In this document: piece by piece, positions 23,335-31,721 of the stretch
Numbering within the stretch: the stretch's first letter is position 1
Layout of the letters: every line of letters begins with the position of its first letter
Origin: a virus
IMG/VR virus record: IMGVR_UViG_3300014202_000415
Length of the DNA: 38,031 nucleotides
Strand: one strand, 5' to 3'
Program-made: the position numbers and the translations under genes
Notes under the pieces: generated by a model
Databases searched by the model: none
Seen by the model: only the letters and a program-made list of their open reading frames with translations
Told to the model about the DNA's origin: nothing

Positions 23335-23629
23335 GCGCTTTCAACTGGTAGAGGTAGCACAAATAACCGCCGAGGACGGCACCTACTTTTATACGCTTGA
23401 CGGCACGTTTATAGGAGGGTGGGAAAATGGGAAAATACTCACAGCCAAAGATGACCCTAACGCACAAGCGGCGGGTGATAAGGACGCTAGAGATAATAGT
23501 GGAAGCCCTGGGGCCGTTGTTAAACCGTTACCCCCACGTGAGCACAGGCGGCAGCAGCAAATTGAAGCCAGCAAAGAAATTAGCACGCTCGAGAGTAGGC
23601 TTGACAAAGCAAAGGGAGATAAACCATGA
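23327..23629 (+). CDS. Hypothetical protein
   Basis: 100-aa ORF that overlaps the groEL stop by 8 nt. Confidence 0.55.
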   Translation: MIKRFQLVEVAQITAEDGTYFYTLDGTFIGGWENGKILTAKDDPNAQAAGDKDARDNSGSPGAVVKPLPPREHRRQQQIEASKEISTLESRLDKAKGDKP

Positions 23630-23913
23630 CAAAATGCCCACGGTGCCAAAAAGAGCCAGCGACCATACACCCGTTTTACGGCGTACTGCCAGGGGTAAAG
23701 TGCCAGGCAAAAGACGCTAAGGGGGTGCGAGTAATGCGCGGGCCCGAGTTTTACGCCCATACTAAGGCGTACAGAATACAGAGCCAGCGCGACAGGTTCG
23801 CTAAAGATTTATTGCAGCCGTATGAGGGCAAAGGGCCAAGCAGAGATTTTGTTAAGGCGTACCCTGACAAAGCAACCGACTACTTTAAAAAAGACGAGCT
23901 AACCAAATTATGA
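23626..23913 (+). CDS. Hypothetical protein
   Basis: 95-aa ORF with an ATGA overlap. Confidence 0.55.
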   Translation: MTKCPRCQKEPATIHPFYGVLPGVKCQAKDAKGVRVMRGPEFYAHTKAYRIQSQRDRFAKDLLQPYEGKGPSRDFVKAYPDKATDYFKKDELTKL

Positions 23914-24020
23914 AAAAGGCAAACTACCGAGAGGTTAAAAACTTACTGCGCCCACTTACGCTGCATAGGTTAAAAGATTTATGGCGGCGGGCAGGCATTA
24001 AGCGGGAGGGTAAACTATGA
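23910..24020 (+). CDS. Basic micropeptide (36 aa)
   Basis: ATGA overlaps at both ends. Product MKKANYREVKNLLRPLTLHRLKDLWRRAGIKREGKL. Confidence 0.4.
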   Translation: MKKANYREVKNLLRPLTLHRLKDLWRRAGIKREGKL

Positions 24021-24406
24021 TTAAGCTACTCAAACCGTCACTAAAACTGGCAAAATTAGCTGGTATACCCAAGACGGCAATACTGTGCCCTATGCACCCA
24101 CGCATTACGGTAGAGGCAGAGTTAAAAACAATAGTAATGGTGCCATACAAAAATACCATGTTTGATAAAAAGCTCGGTATAGACCGTGTAGTAGGTATGG
24201 GCGTAAGCTGCCCACGCTGTAGTTTTACTCAGCCACTCGACACGAAAAAAACCGCACAAAAGCTGCAACTCGTAGACGAGAGCAAGCCTGCGGGAAATCC
24301 ACGGGTAAAAGGTGCAAGCCAAATGACCACTCCCCCACCGCTTATTTCCACGGTAGGGGAGAGTGGGGGAGAGGCGAAAAATGCGGGAAATGAGGCTAAA
24401 ATATGA
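24017..24406 (+). CDS. Hypothetical protein
   Basis: 129-aa ORF. Confidence 0.55.
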   Translation: MIKLLKPSLKLAKLAGIPKTAILCPMHPRITVEAELKTIVMVPYKNTMFDKKLGIDRVVGMGVSCPRCSFTQPLDTKKTAQKLQLVDESKPAGNPRVKGASQMTTPPPLISTVGESGGEAKNAGNEAKI

Positions 24407-24627
24407 GCGAGGCACAAACAATGTTAGAGCAAGCCCTAAAGGCATTTGACGTGCACCAGGGGGCACTTATGGCTATACTATTAGCCAAAGGCGTGTTTAC
24501 TATGGAGGAGTATAACGAGGCAGTAAAAGCGGCTACGCCCATAATAGAGGCGGCAGGTGAAAAACAAAGCGCAGCGTTTAAAGAAGCGTTAGAACGTGAC
24601 AAAGCAGCACGGGGGCAAAAACCATGA
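24403..24627 (+). CDS. Hypothetical protein
   Basis: 74-aa ORF with an ATGA overlap. Confidence 0.55.
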   Translation: MSEAQTMLEQALKAFDVHQGALMAILLAKGVFTMEEYNEAVKAATPIIEAAGEKQSAAFKEALERDKAARGQKP

Positions 24628-26042
24628 CTGACCAAACAAAATACCGTAAACCATTAACCACGTTGCATGAGTGGGAGCGTAACCCGCGCAGTATAACCAA
24701 GCGGGGTTTTGAGCGCCTTATTTACCAGGTTATTAAGCTCGAGCAGTACAAGCCCATTATTGTTAAAACTGACGGTACCGTATTAGGTGGCAATATGCGC
24801 CACAAGGTATACACCCACATTAGCACCATGCCCCTTACTAAGCTGCGTACCCTTATGCAAAAAATACGCAATGCCGAGGTAAGCCTGGCGCAAGCGCAGG
24901 CACTCAAACAAGAAGTGGATAACCCATGGGTAAGCGAGGTGCACCCCAAAAACGACAGCGAGGCGTTAGAGTATGCGCTAAGTGATAATGACGAGGCAGG
25001 GCATACAGACGAGGATTTATTGGCTAATATGCTACCCGACTTTAAACTAGACGACCCAAGTATGTTTGCCGTGCACTTTACCGACCCACTGGCGTTAAAC
25101 GACCTTATACCTAAAGAGGGTGACGGCTCGGGTACTGGCGCTGGGGCATTGGTTGACAAGTTTTTAGTACCCCCGTTTAGCATACTCGACACACGCCAGG
25201 GCTATTGGGCTGACCGTAAAGACGAGTGGCGCAAGCGTGTTGGTGACAAGGGTGAGAGCCGTGACGAGGTATTAAGCGGGCTTGATAGCCTAAATAAGGG
25301 CAATTTTGACAAGGATATACTCACGGTGAGCATTTTAGACCCTGTACTGGCTGAGCTGGCCGTGCGGTGGTTTTGCCCGCCTGGGGGCACCACCTTTGAC
25401 CCGTTTGCTGGCGATACTATATTTGGCTTTGTAAGCGGCACCCTGGGCAACCCATTTACGGGTATAGAGCTGCGCGAGGCACAGGCAAAGCTCAACCAGG
25501 AGCGCGTGGAGGGGCTGCCAGCCACGTATATTTGCGATGACGGCGTAAACGTATCAAAACACCTCAAACCAGATAGCCAGGATTTGCTATTTAGCTGCCC
25601 ACCCTATTTTGACCTCGAGGTATACAGTGACCTGCCAAATGACGCCAGTAACCAAAAAGACTACCAAAGCTACCTAGAGGTATTAGGTAAGGCGTTTGCC
25701 GCCTCATACGACTGCCTCAAGCCTGACCGTTTCGCGGTCATTGTTATTGGTGACATACGCGACAAAAAAACGGGTGCATACCGTGGTATACCCAGCGACA
25801 TAGTGCGCATTATGACCACCACAGGGTTTGTGCTCTATAACGATGCGGTACTGCTTAATGAAACGGGCACGGGGGCTATACGCGCCTCACGGTACTTTAA
25901 CGGCAGCCGTAAGCTCGTTAAGCTGCACCAAAACGTGCTGGTATTTTACAAAGGTGACATAAAAAAGATACCTGAAAACTACCCAAAGCTAGAGCTACCC
26001 CAAGAGGGTGAGCAGACCGAGGAGGTGGCCCATGAAGTTTAA
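24624..26042 (+). CDS. ParB-like N-terminal domain fused to a DNA methyltransferase
   Basis: N-terminus LHEWERNPR...VLGGNMRH (ParB/Srx-like). C-terminus [15 protein letters not shown] (SAM motif I-like) followed by [13 protein letters not shown] ((S/D/N)PPY catalytic-type motif). Confidence 0.75.
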   Translation: MTDQTKYRKPLTTLHEWERNPRSITKRGFERLIYQVIKLEQYKPIIVKTDGTVLGGNMRHKVYTHISTMPLTKLRTLMQKIRNAEVSLAQAQALKQEVDNPWVSEVHPKNDSEALEYALSDNDEAGHTDEDLLANMLPDFKLDDPSMFAVHFTDPLALNDLIPKEGDGSGTGAGALVDKFLVPPFSILDTRQGYWADRKDEWRKRVGDKGESRDEVLSGLDSLNKGNFDKDILTVSILDPVLAELAVRWFCPPGGTTFDPFAGDTIFGFVSGTLGNPFTGIELREAQAKLNQERVEGLPATYICDDGVNVSKHLKPDSQDLLFSCPPYFDLEVYSDLPNDASNQKDYQSYLEVLGKAFAASYDCLKPDRFAVIVIGDIRDKKTGAYRGIPSDIVRIMTTTGFVLYNDAVLLNETGTGAIRASRYFNGSRKLVKLHQNVLVFYKGDIKKIPENYPKLELPQEGEQTEEVAHEV

Positions 26043-26349
26043 CATACAAACACGCACCTACGGCGCAGAGGGTGATTTTAGCAATAATACGCAGGTGTGG
26101 CAGCAACTCTTATACATAGTGAGCAAGGCGGGCCTTACGCCGCTTGCCGTAGCAAAGCACGAGTTTTACCCCAAGGGGTTAAGTGGTGTAGTTATTATTG
26201 GTGAGAGCCACGTAGCCATACACACCTACCCTGAGTATAACCAAGCACTCATAGTGGTAAGTACCTGTGGGTTAGACGCCAGCGGGCACATATTACGTTT
26301 TAGTATGGCGCTGCAAAAAATATGGAAATCTACCGTAGTAAACCAGTAA
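26032..26349 (+). CDS. speD: S-adenosylmethionine decarboxylase (SpeD/AdoMetDC class 1)-like pyruvoyl proenzyme
   Basis: 105 aa from ATG 26032, overlapping the methyltransferase gene by 11 nt. [38 protein letters not shown] parallels B. subtilis SpeD [38 protein letters not shown], including the E-S self-cleavage site. Confidence 0.8.
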   Translation: MKFNIQTRTYGAEGDFSNNTQVWQQLLYIVSKAGLTPLAVAKHEFYPKGLSGVVIIGESHVAIHTYPEYNQALIVVSTCGLDASGHILRFSMALQKIWKSTVVNQ

Positions 26350-26521
26350 AGCTAATGGGGGTATACCGTTTGCCGTATTTGGCAGCTATTTGCCTGCCCT
26401 TGGCGTTTACAATGGCTATAAGCGGCATACAGCGGGCTTTTGCCTCGTCATACGTAATACCGCCCACATGGGCAGTGGCACATATAGCGCGGGCATGAGT
26501 AAGTGCGGTTTTAGCGTCCAT
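26330..26521 (-). CDS. The only minus-strand gene: 63-aa hypothetical protein, leaderless
   Basis: The ATG at 26521 lies 6 nt downstream of a TATACT box. Product [63 protein letters not shown]. The 3' end overlaps the speD-like gene convergently by 20 nt. Confidence 0.55.
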   Translation of the reverse strand: MDAKTALTHARAICATAHVGGITYDEAKARCMPLIAIVNAKGRQIAAKYGKRYTPISFTGLLR

Positions 26522-26527
26522 GAGCAT

Positions 26528-26556
26528 AGTATAGGTGATTGTTAGGTAAAAGTCAA
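26528..26556 (-). promoter_or_regulatory. Minus-strand promoter TTGACT-17-TATACT with the ACCTAACAAT spacer
   Basis: The reverse complement reads TTGACTTTTACCTAACAATCACCTATACT. Confidence 0.65.
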
Positions 26557-26591
26557 TAACCATGAGAACCTAAACGATATTTAGAGTAGTA

Positions 26592-26600
26592 TGATAAAAT
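26592..26600 (+). promoter_or_regulatory. Candidate extended -10 promoter TGATAAAAT for the packaging operon
   Basis: 13 nt upstream of ATG 26614, divergent from the minus-strand promoter. Confidence 0.4.
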
Positions 26601-26613
26601 ACACGAGAAGCCT

Positions 26614-27039
26614 ATGAGCAAAGCAATTGTTAAACATAAACGAGCAGGTAGACCAACAGTATTTACTAAAAAAGCTGTGGCTTTATTAGTACAGGCGTTT
26701 AAATACGGTTGCAATGATAGTACGGCGTGCCAATACGCTAAAGTGTCAAGAGAGGCATATTACGACCATTTAAAGAAAAACGAGGATTTCGCCACAATTA
26801 TTATGCAGGCACAAAACTACCCACGGCTATTAGCAGGGCAAGTGGTTATACAGAGCATGACTAAAAAGGGTGACGTTATGAGCGCGCGCTGGTGGTTAGA
26901 GAAAAAACACGCTGACGAGTTCGGCGGCGCACCCCCCATACAAAACAATACCCTCAACATATTTAGTTTTACTGACGAGCAAAAAGACACATTTAACACC
27001 CAATTTAGAGATTTTTTACGGAGGAGGCAATATGCGTGA
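26614..27039 (+). CDS. terS: Terminase small subunit (HTH type)
   Basis: KRAGRPTVFTKKAVALLVQAFKYGCNDSTACQYAKVSREAYYDHLKKNEDF is the typical N-terminal HTH of small terminases. Located upstream of TerL. Confidence 0.55.
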   Translation: MSKAIVKHKRAGRPTVFTKKAVALLVQAFKYGCNDSTACQYAKVSREAYYDHLKKNEDFATIIMQAQNYPRLLAGQVVIQSMTKKGDVMSARWWLEKKHADEFGGAPPIQNNTLNIFSFTDEQKDTFNTQFRDFLRRRQYA

Positions 27040-27229
27040 GCGACTATTTAGCTTTTTGTTTAGGGCGCTGTTTGCCCTACTGTACGGGCGTGAGTATACA
27101 CGCCTTATGCGCGTAATGAGCAAAGCCAAATGGACGGCGGTAATTAAGCGCGGCGACCTAGAGCGGTTAGAGTACCTAACCCGCCTGCGGGTTGTTATTT
27201 ACAATATGAAAGCTGGGGGTGGGATATGA
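27032..27229 (+). CDS. Hypothetical protein
   Basis: 65-aa ORF that overlaps the terS end by 8 nt. Confidence 0.45.
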   Translation: MRERLFSFLFRALFALLYGREYTRLMRVMSKAKWTAVIKRGDLERLEYLTRLRVVIYNMKAGGGI

Positions 27230-27428
27230 TTGCGCGCGGCATTTACTAACCTCTGCCTCTCCCAAGGGGCGGCGTCCTGGGTATTTGTAGCGTAGTTCCA
27301 AACCCGCAGGTAGGGCGCACTCTCACGCAGCCGCCTGCACCCAGCCTAACCATGGGCGGGGTTACATTGCAAACTCAATACCTTTAAAGCAATTTGGGTT
27401 GCCGTAGCGCTGCCCTTTGGTGTTCTAT
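27230..27428 (+). other. 199-nt GC-rich non-coding gap between the terS region and terL (candidate cos/pac region)
   Basis: No ORF. This is the only sizeable gap inside the packaging module. Confidence 0.35.
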
Positions 27429-29057
27429 ATGGCTATAACCGATTTAGATTTAGAAAAGGGCCAAGCATTTAACGTGCTGGCCTTTGTGTTGCACAACAAA
27501 ATAAAAAACGAAAACGATATGCCCATAGAGTTTAGGCGGCATAGCTTTATGATTGACCCGTACCTGGATAACAGCCCGCAACAGGTAGCGGCAAAGTGCA
27601 GCCAAATTGGGTGGAGCGTTGAGGCAATTATAAAAGCCATACACCTGTGCAAATACTATGACGCAAACGTAATTTATACCCTACCCAGCAAAAGCGTGGT
27701 TAAAGACTTTGTTATACCCAAGGTAAACCCCATTATTGAAAACAACCCCGCACTAAACGCCCTGGTGGGTAGCACTGACAGTACCGCACTCAAACGCATT
27801 GGTAACCGCTTTTTATACTTTAGGGGTAGTTGGGAGCAGACGGCGGCAATTAGCATATCAGGGCATATACTTATGAACGATGAGGTTGACCGCAGCAACC
27901 CTAAAGTGCTCAAGACCTACCGCACCCGTTTAGACGCTGCACGCGATGAGCGGCCCGATTTAGGCTGGGAGATACAGTTTAGTAACCCGAGCATACCAGG
28001 GGCGGGGGTTGATGAGCTGTGGCAAATAAGCGACCAAAAGCACTGGTTTATACGCTGCCCGCACTGTAACCTGCTGCAATACCTGGATTTTCCCGAAAAC
28101 ATAGACTTTGAGCGGCAAATATACATCTGCCGTAAATGCCATAAGCACCTACCTGACGAGGCACGCAGCACGGGTGAGTGGGTATACAAGCGCAAAAGCG
28201 CTATTAGCGGCTATTGGATTAGTCAACTCATGGCACCATGGATACCTGCCAAAAAGATTATTGAGGATAGCCAAGGCGACCAAAGTATATTTTATAACTT
28301 TACCCTGGGCAAACCGTACATAAGTAAGGAAACGAGCGTAACACGTGACATTATTGTAAGCTGCCTGAGCCCTGGCGATAACCCGCGCATTAACAATGCC
28401 ATGGGGGTAGACAACGGCGTAACAAAGCACTACGTAATAGGCAATGTATACGGTATTTTTAAAGTGGGTACTACGACAAGCTGGGATGAGATTGAAGACC
28501 TGCGTAACCGTTACAACGCCAGCATGGTTATTGACGCAAACCCGTACCCAAACACCCCTAAAAAGCTCGCAGAGGCCTACAGGGGCAAGGTGTGGATACA
28601 TTACTATATAGAGGATTTAAAGCGGTTGGGCATTATACGCTGGGGTGAGCACGACAAGCGCGGCGTGGTAGAGGCAGACCGTACCAAGATATTTGACCTG
28701 GTAGTAGCTGAGCTAAACAGCCAGGATATTACGTTTAACCTCACGGCTACCGAGCTTGAGGAGTATATTACGCAGTGGGGGCAAATGTACCGCACGGTGG
28801 AGGAAACCACCAAGGGTATACGCAAAGCCGTGTGGAAGACCATAGAGGGGCGCGCAGACCATTACGCCCATGCTACCGTGTATTGGCGAGTTGCACTGGA
28901 AAAGGCTGCCCTAAGCGGTGGTATTGTCAAGCCGCCACCCGTACGGCGTGAGGGTGACCACCCAGAGGTAGACGCAGAGGGTAACGTACCTGCATTAGAC
29001 ATACGCGAGGTTATACACCGTGCGGCTAAAGGCCGCCGAGATTGGAGGTTGCGATGA
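27429..29057 (+). CDS. terL: Terminase large subunit, GpA-like
   Basis: 542 aa from ATG 27429. KCSQIGWS resembles the lambda gpA P-loop KSARVGYS. ILMNDEVD is a Walker B motif. C-terminal nuclease-sized domain. Confidence 0.8.
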   Translation: MAITDLDLEKGQAFNVLAFVLHNKIKNENDMPIEFRRHSFMIDPYLDNSPQQVAAKCSQIGWSVEAIIKAIHLCKYYDANVIYTLPSKSVVKDFVIPKVNPIIENNPALNALVGSTDSTALKRIGNRFLYFRGSWEQTAAISISGHILMNDEVDRSNPKVLKTYRTRLDAARDERPDLGWEIQFSNPSIPGAGVDELWQISDQKHWFIRCPHCNLLQYLDFPENIDFERQIYICRKCHKHLPDEARSTGEWVYKRKSAISGYWISQLMAPWIPAKKIIEDSQGDQSIFYNFTLGKPYISKETSVTRDIIVSCLSPGDNPRINNAMGVDNGVTKHYVIGNVYGIFKVGTTTSWDEIEDLRNRYNASMVIDANPYPNTPKKLAEAYRGKVWIHYYIEDLKRLGIIRWGEHDKRGVVEADRTKIFDLVVAELNSQDITFNLTATELEEYITQWGQMYRTVEETTKGIRKAVWKTIEGRADHYAHATVYWRVALEKAALSGGIVKPPPVRREGDHPEVDAEGNVPALDIREVIHRAAKGRRDWRLR

Positions 29058-29317
29058 TAACTATTACCCCTGGTGACCAAACGCCACCACCGTTTGCGTA
29101 TAAAGAGCCATACTATATTAGCGTTATGCTTGGTAAACGTGCCTCGTTTGTTGAGAAGCCGTTTAGGTGTTTTAACTGCGGGGCCATACTGTTTAAATAC
29201 TATACAGACGTGCACATAGTATTTGACGGGCTCATAAGTGACGCTGACGCACATAAATACGGCTCACCTATTGACGTTATGTGCCGCAGGTGCAAAATTG
29301 TGGTGCGTATTTTATAG
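29054..29317 (+). CDS. Zinc-ribbon protein, Com-like (tentative)
   Basis: 87 aa from ATG 29054 with a GGAGG SD and an ATGA overlap with terL. Contains FRCFNCGAILFKY...VMCRRCKIVVRIL. Confidence 0.55.
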   Translation: MITITPGDQTPPPFAYKEPYYISVMLGKRASFVEKPFRCFNCGAILFKYYTDVHIVFDGLISDADAHKYGSPIDVMCRRCKIVVRIL

Positions 29318-29383
29318 GCATTGTAATTTTGAGGCTAAAAAGACAAGTACGCAGTTAGAGGCAATTATAAGCAGTGCAGCAAC

Positions 29384-29393
29384 GTGATATAAT
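29384..29393 (+). promoter_or_regulatory. Late promoter GTGATATAAT, 6 nt from ATG 29400 (leaderless)
   Basis: CGTGATATAAT-taagct-ATGGCA. Confidence 0.65.
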
Positions 29394-29399
29394 TAAGCT

Positions 29400-31508
29400 A
29401 TGGCAGGTTTTAACGAAACAAACACTTTGGGTGAGGATGAGGCGCGGGTTGGGTTATTGACCCAGGAGGACGCGCTTACCCTCAATATGACCGACCAAGA
29501 CGTAGGCCGCCTTATAAAGGGGCGCATTACCAATAGCGGAAAGTTTTGGGATAAGGAGCTTAACCTCACTAACGTACGCGACAGTAACGAAAAATACTAT
29601 CTCAATAAAGCATTAGACGAGGCCGCCCTATACGAGTACCAGGTGCCATATAAAGATAACCGCATATTTTTGAGCGTGGAAACTATGGTACCTATGGTAA
29701 ACGCCCGTATGGCTATGCCTATTGTGACCGAGGCGCAAGACACGGAGGCATCACGTGAGCTGGCTACTGACCTTGGGTACTCGCTTATGGGGCTGTATGA
29801 CGACCTAAGCCTCAAGCCTAAGTTTAGTATGGTAACCCGCCACTTGGTTATGGGTTTTAGATTGGCGTGTTTAAAGTACAGTTGGGATGCGGGCGGTGGG
29901 TTTTTTGACGAGGAGGGCGAGCCTATGGGTGAGATTGCCGTTAATTGGGTACGGCCCCAGCGCCTCATTATAGACGAGGGAGCAGACGACATTAGTGATG
30001 TACCGCTTATTGCTGAGGTTATAACCAATACGGCTGAGGAGATTATTTTAAAGTACCCCGAGAAGACACAGGAAATATACCGCGAGTTTGGATTTGTTAA
30101 AGGTACACGTAGCCAGTTGGGCAGCAAGCGCAACTACCATGAGGCATGGTTTAGCTATTACGACAAAAAGGGCATAAAGCAAGAGGCTGTAGCCTGGTTG
30201 GTTGGTAATACGCTGCTGGGTAAAATGAAAAACCCGCACTGGAACTATGACGAGTGGGAAACTGACAGTAACGGCGATAAGCACCGCCTCAACTTCTTTA
30301 AACGCCCCCAAAAGCCCTACGTGCTGTTTAACTACATAAACACAGGTAAGTACATACTGGACGATACCAGCTTGACCGAGCAGGCAAGCAACCAACAGGA
30401 CATACTTAATAAGCGTGGGCGGCAAATAGTCGAGAACGCTGACAGCGCCAACAGCGGCACAGTCTATAACAGCGAAATGATAAGCGCCGATGACGTAAGC
30501 AAAATTACGGGTGACCCGAGCGAGCGGGTGGTGGTTAAAGGGCCAGTGGGTAATGCTGCTATGCGGCTGCCAACCAACCTACTGCCCGAGTATGTGCTAC
30601 AGGATAAGTACGATGCACGTAATGAGATTGATAACATTTTTGGTACTCACGCACCTATACGCGGCGAGAAAAGCAAAACAAACACGCTGGGGCAAGAGGT
30701 TATGAGCCAGCGCAGTGACCTTGGCCGCACACAAACGCTTGCTGATGCTATGGAGGGTGGCGGCACACGGCTGTACCAAGGGTTAGTGCAAATGATGAAA
30801 GTATTTTGGGATACGCCACAAAAGGTACAGTACACGGGCGCTGACGGTAAAACCATGTTTTTAGAGTTTAGCCGTAACATGATACAAGACGGGGTAAAGG
30901 TACGGGTTAAAGCGGGTAGCGTGCTGCCTGACGACAAGTTTACTAAGCGGGAGGAAACGCTAAAGGCGCTGGCACTGCTTGACCCATTAAGCATTGCCGA
31001 GGGCTTGAGTAAGCCGAACCCCAAGGAGTTTGCTAAGCGCATGGTGCTGTTTAAAGCATTTTTGCCACGCTATATGACCGAGGTACTGCAAGACGCAGGC
31101 GAGGGGCAGGTAGACGCTGACGCACTCGACCACATTAAGAAGCTCAACTATGGTGAGCTGGTGCAACCAGGTAAAGAGGTTAAAAAAGAACACCTGGCTA
31201 CCCATGAGGTGTTTATAAAAAGCGATGAGTTTAAAGAGTTGACCCCCGAGGTGCGACAGCTACACTTTGCCCATGTACGCATGGAGCTTACTGTTGCTAA
31301 AGAGGCATTAGGTATGGATGGTGGCACTGAGGCACCGCCAGGTGGGCCGTTAGGTGAGGCTACCCCAGGTGGTGAGGGTACGGGTTTACCAGGGCAAGCA
31401 CCGCCAGGTGGTGAGGGTGAGCCAGCAGCCCCAGCACTACCAATGGGCGGGCAGGGTAATTTTGTGCAGGCACTTATGGCTCGGTTAAAGGGCGGTGGGC
31501 AGCAGTAG
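29400..31508 (+). CDS. Portal protein
   Basis: 702-aa ORF just downstream of terL, with portal-typical size. Gly/Pro-rich acidic C-terminal tail. Assignment by position and size. Confidence 0.65.
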   Translation: MAGFNETNTLGEDEARVGLLTQEDALTLNMTDQDVGRLIKGRITNSGKFWDKELNLTNVRDSNEKYYLNKALDEAALYEYQVPYKDNRIFLSVETMVPMVNARMAMPIVTEAQDTEASRELATDLGYSLMGLYDDLSLKPKFSMVTRHLVMGFRLACLKYSWDAGGGFFDEEGEPMGEIAVNWVRPQRLIIDEGADDISDVPLIAEVITNTAEEIILKYPEKTQEIYREFGFVKGTRSQLGSKRNYHEAWFSYYDKKGIKQEAVAWLVGNTLLGKMKNPHWNYDEWETDSNGDKHRLNFFKRPQKPYVLFNYINTGKYILDDTSLTEQASNQQDILNKRGRQIVENADSANSGTVYNSEMISADDVSKITGDPSERVVVKGPVGNAAMRLPTNLLPEYVLQDKYDARNEIDNIFGTHAPIRGEKSKTNTLGQEVMSQRSDLGRTQTLADAMEGGGTRLYQGLVQMMKVFWDTPQKVQYTGADGKTMFLEFSRNMIQDGVKVRVKAGSVLPDDKFTKREETLKALALLDPLSIAEGLSKPNPKEFAKRMVLFKAFLPRYMTEVLQDAGEGQVDADALDHIKKLNYGELVQPGKEVKKEHLATHEVFIKSDEFKELTPEVRQLHFAHVRMELTVAKEALGMDGGTEAPPGGPLGEATPGGEGTGLPGQAPPGGEGEPAAPALPMGGQGNFVQALMARLKGGGQQ

Positions 31509-31515
31509 TGTTGAC

Positions 31516-31525
31516 GTGATATAAT
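31516..31525 (+). promoter_or_regulatory. Late promoter GTGATATAAT, 9 nt from ATGGCA 31535
   Basis: TTGACGTGATATAAT, the same 15-mer as at 7170-7184. Confidence 0.6.
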
Positions 31526-31534
31526 ATGTTTATT

Positions 31535-31720
31535 ATGGCAAAAGCAAATGCAAAAGCACCAGTAGGACAAGGCGGCAAGTTTGCAGCTATGAAACAGCGG
31601 CTTGCTAAGCAAAAGGGTGATAAAAAGGTAGAAGACCCAGGCGCTATGGCAGCGTTTATTGGACGTAAAAAATACGGCCCGCACCAAATGGCAATGATGG
31701 CCCGAGCAGGGAGAAAATAA
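31535..31720 (+). CDS. Small basic head-module protein
   Basis: 61 aa from ATGGCA 31535. ...GGKFAAMKQRLAKQKG...PGAMAAFIGRKKYG... is a pattern recurrent next to portals in many phages. Confidence 0.55.
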   Translation: MAKANAKAPVGQGGKFAAMKQRLAKQKGDKKVEDPGAMAAFIGRKKYGPHQMAMMARAGRK

Positions 31721-31721
31721 T

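Noticed and set aside
26330-26521. The minus-strand gene considered as a CI-like lysogeny repressor, implying a temperate lifestyle.
   Set aside because: No helix-turn-helix motif is recognisable, and there is no integrase, excisionase or attP-like site anywhere. I kept it as a candidate regulator only.
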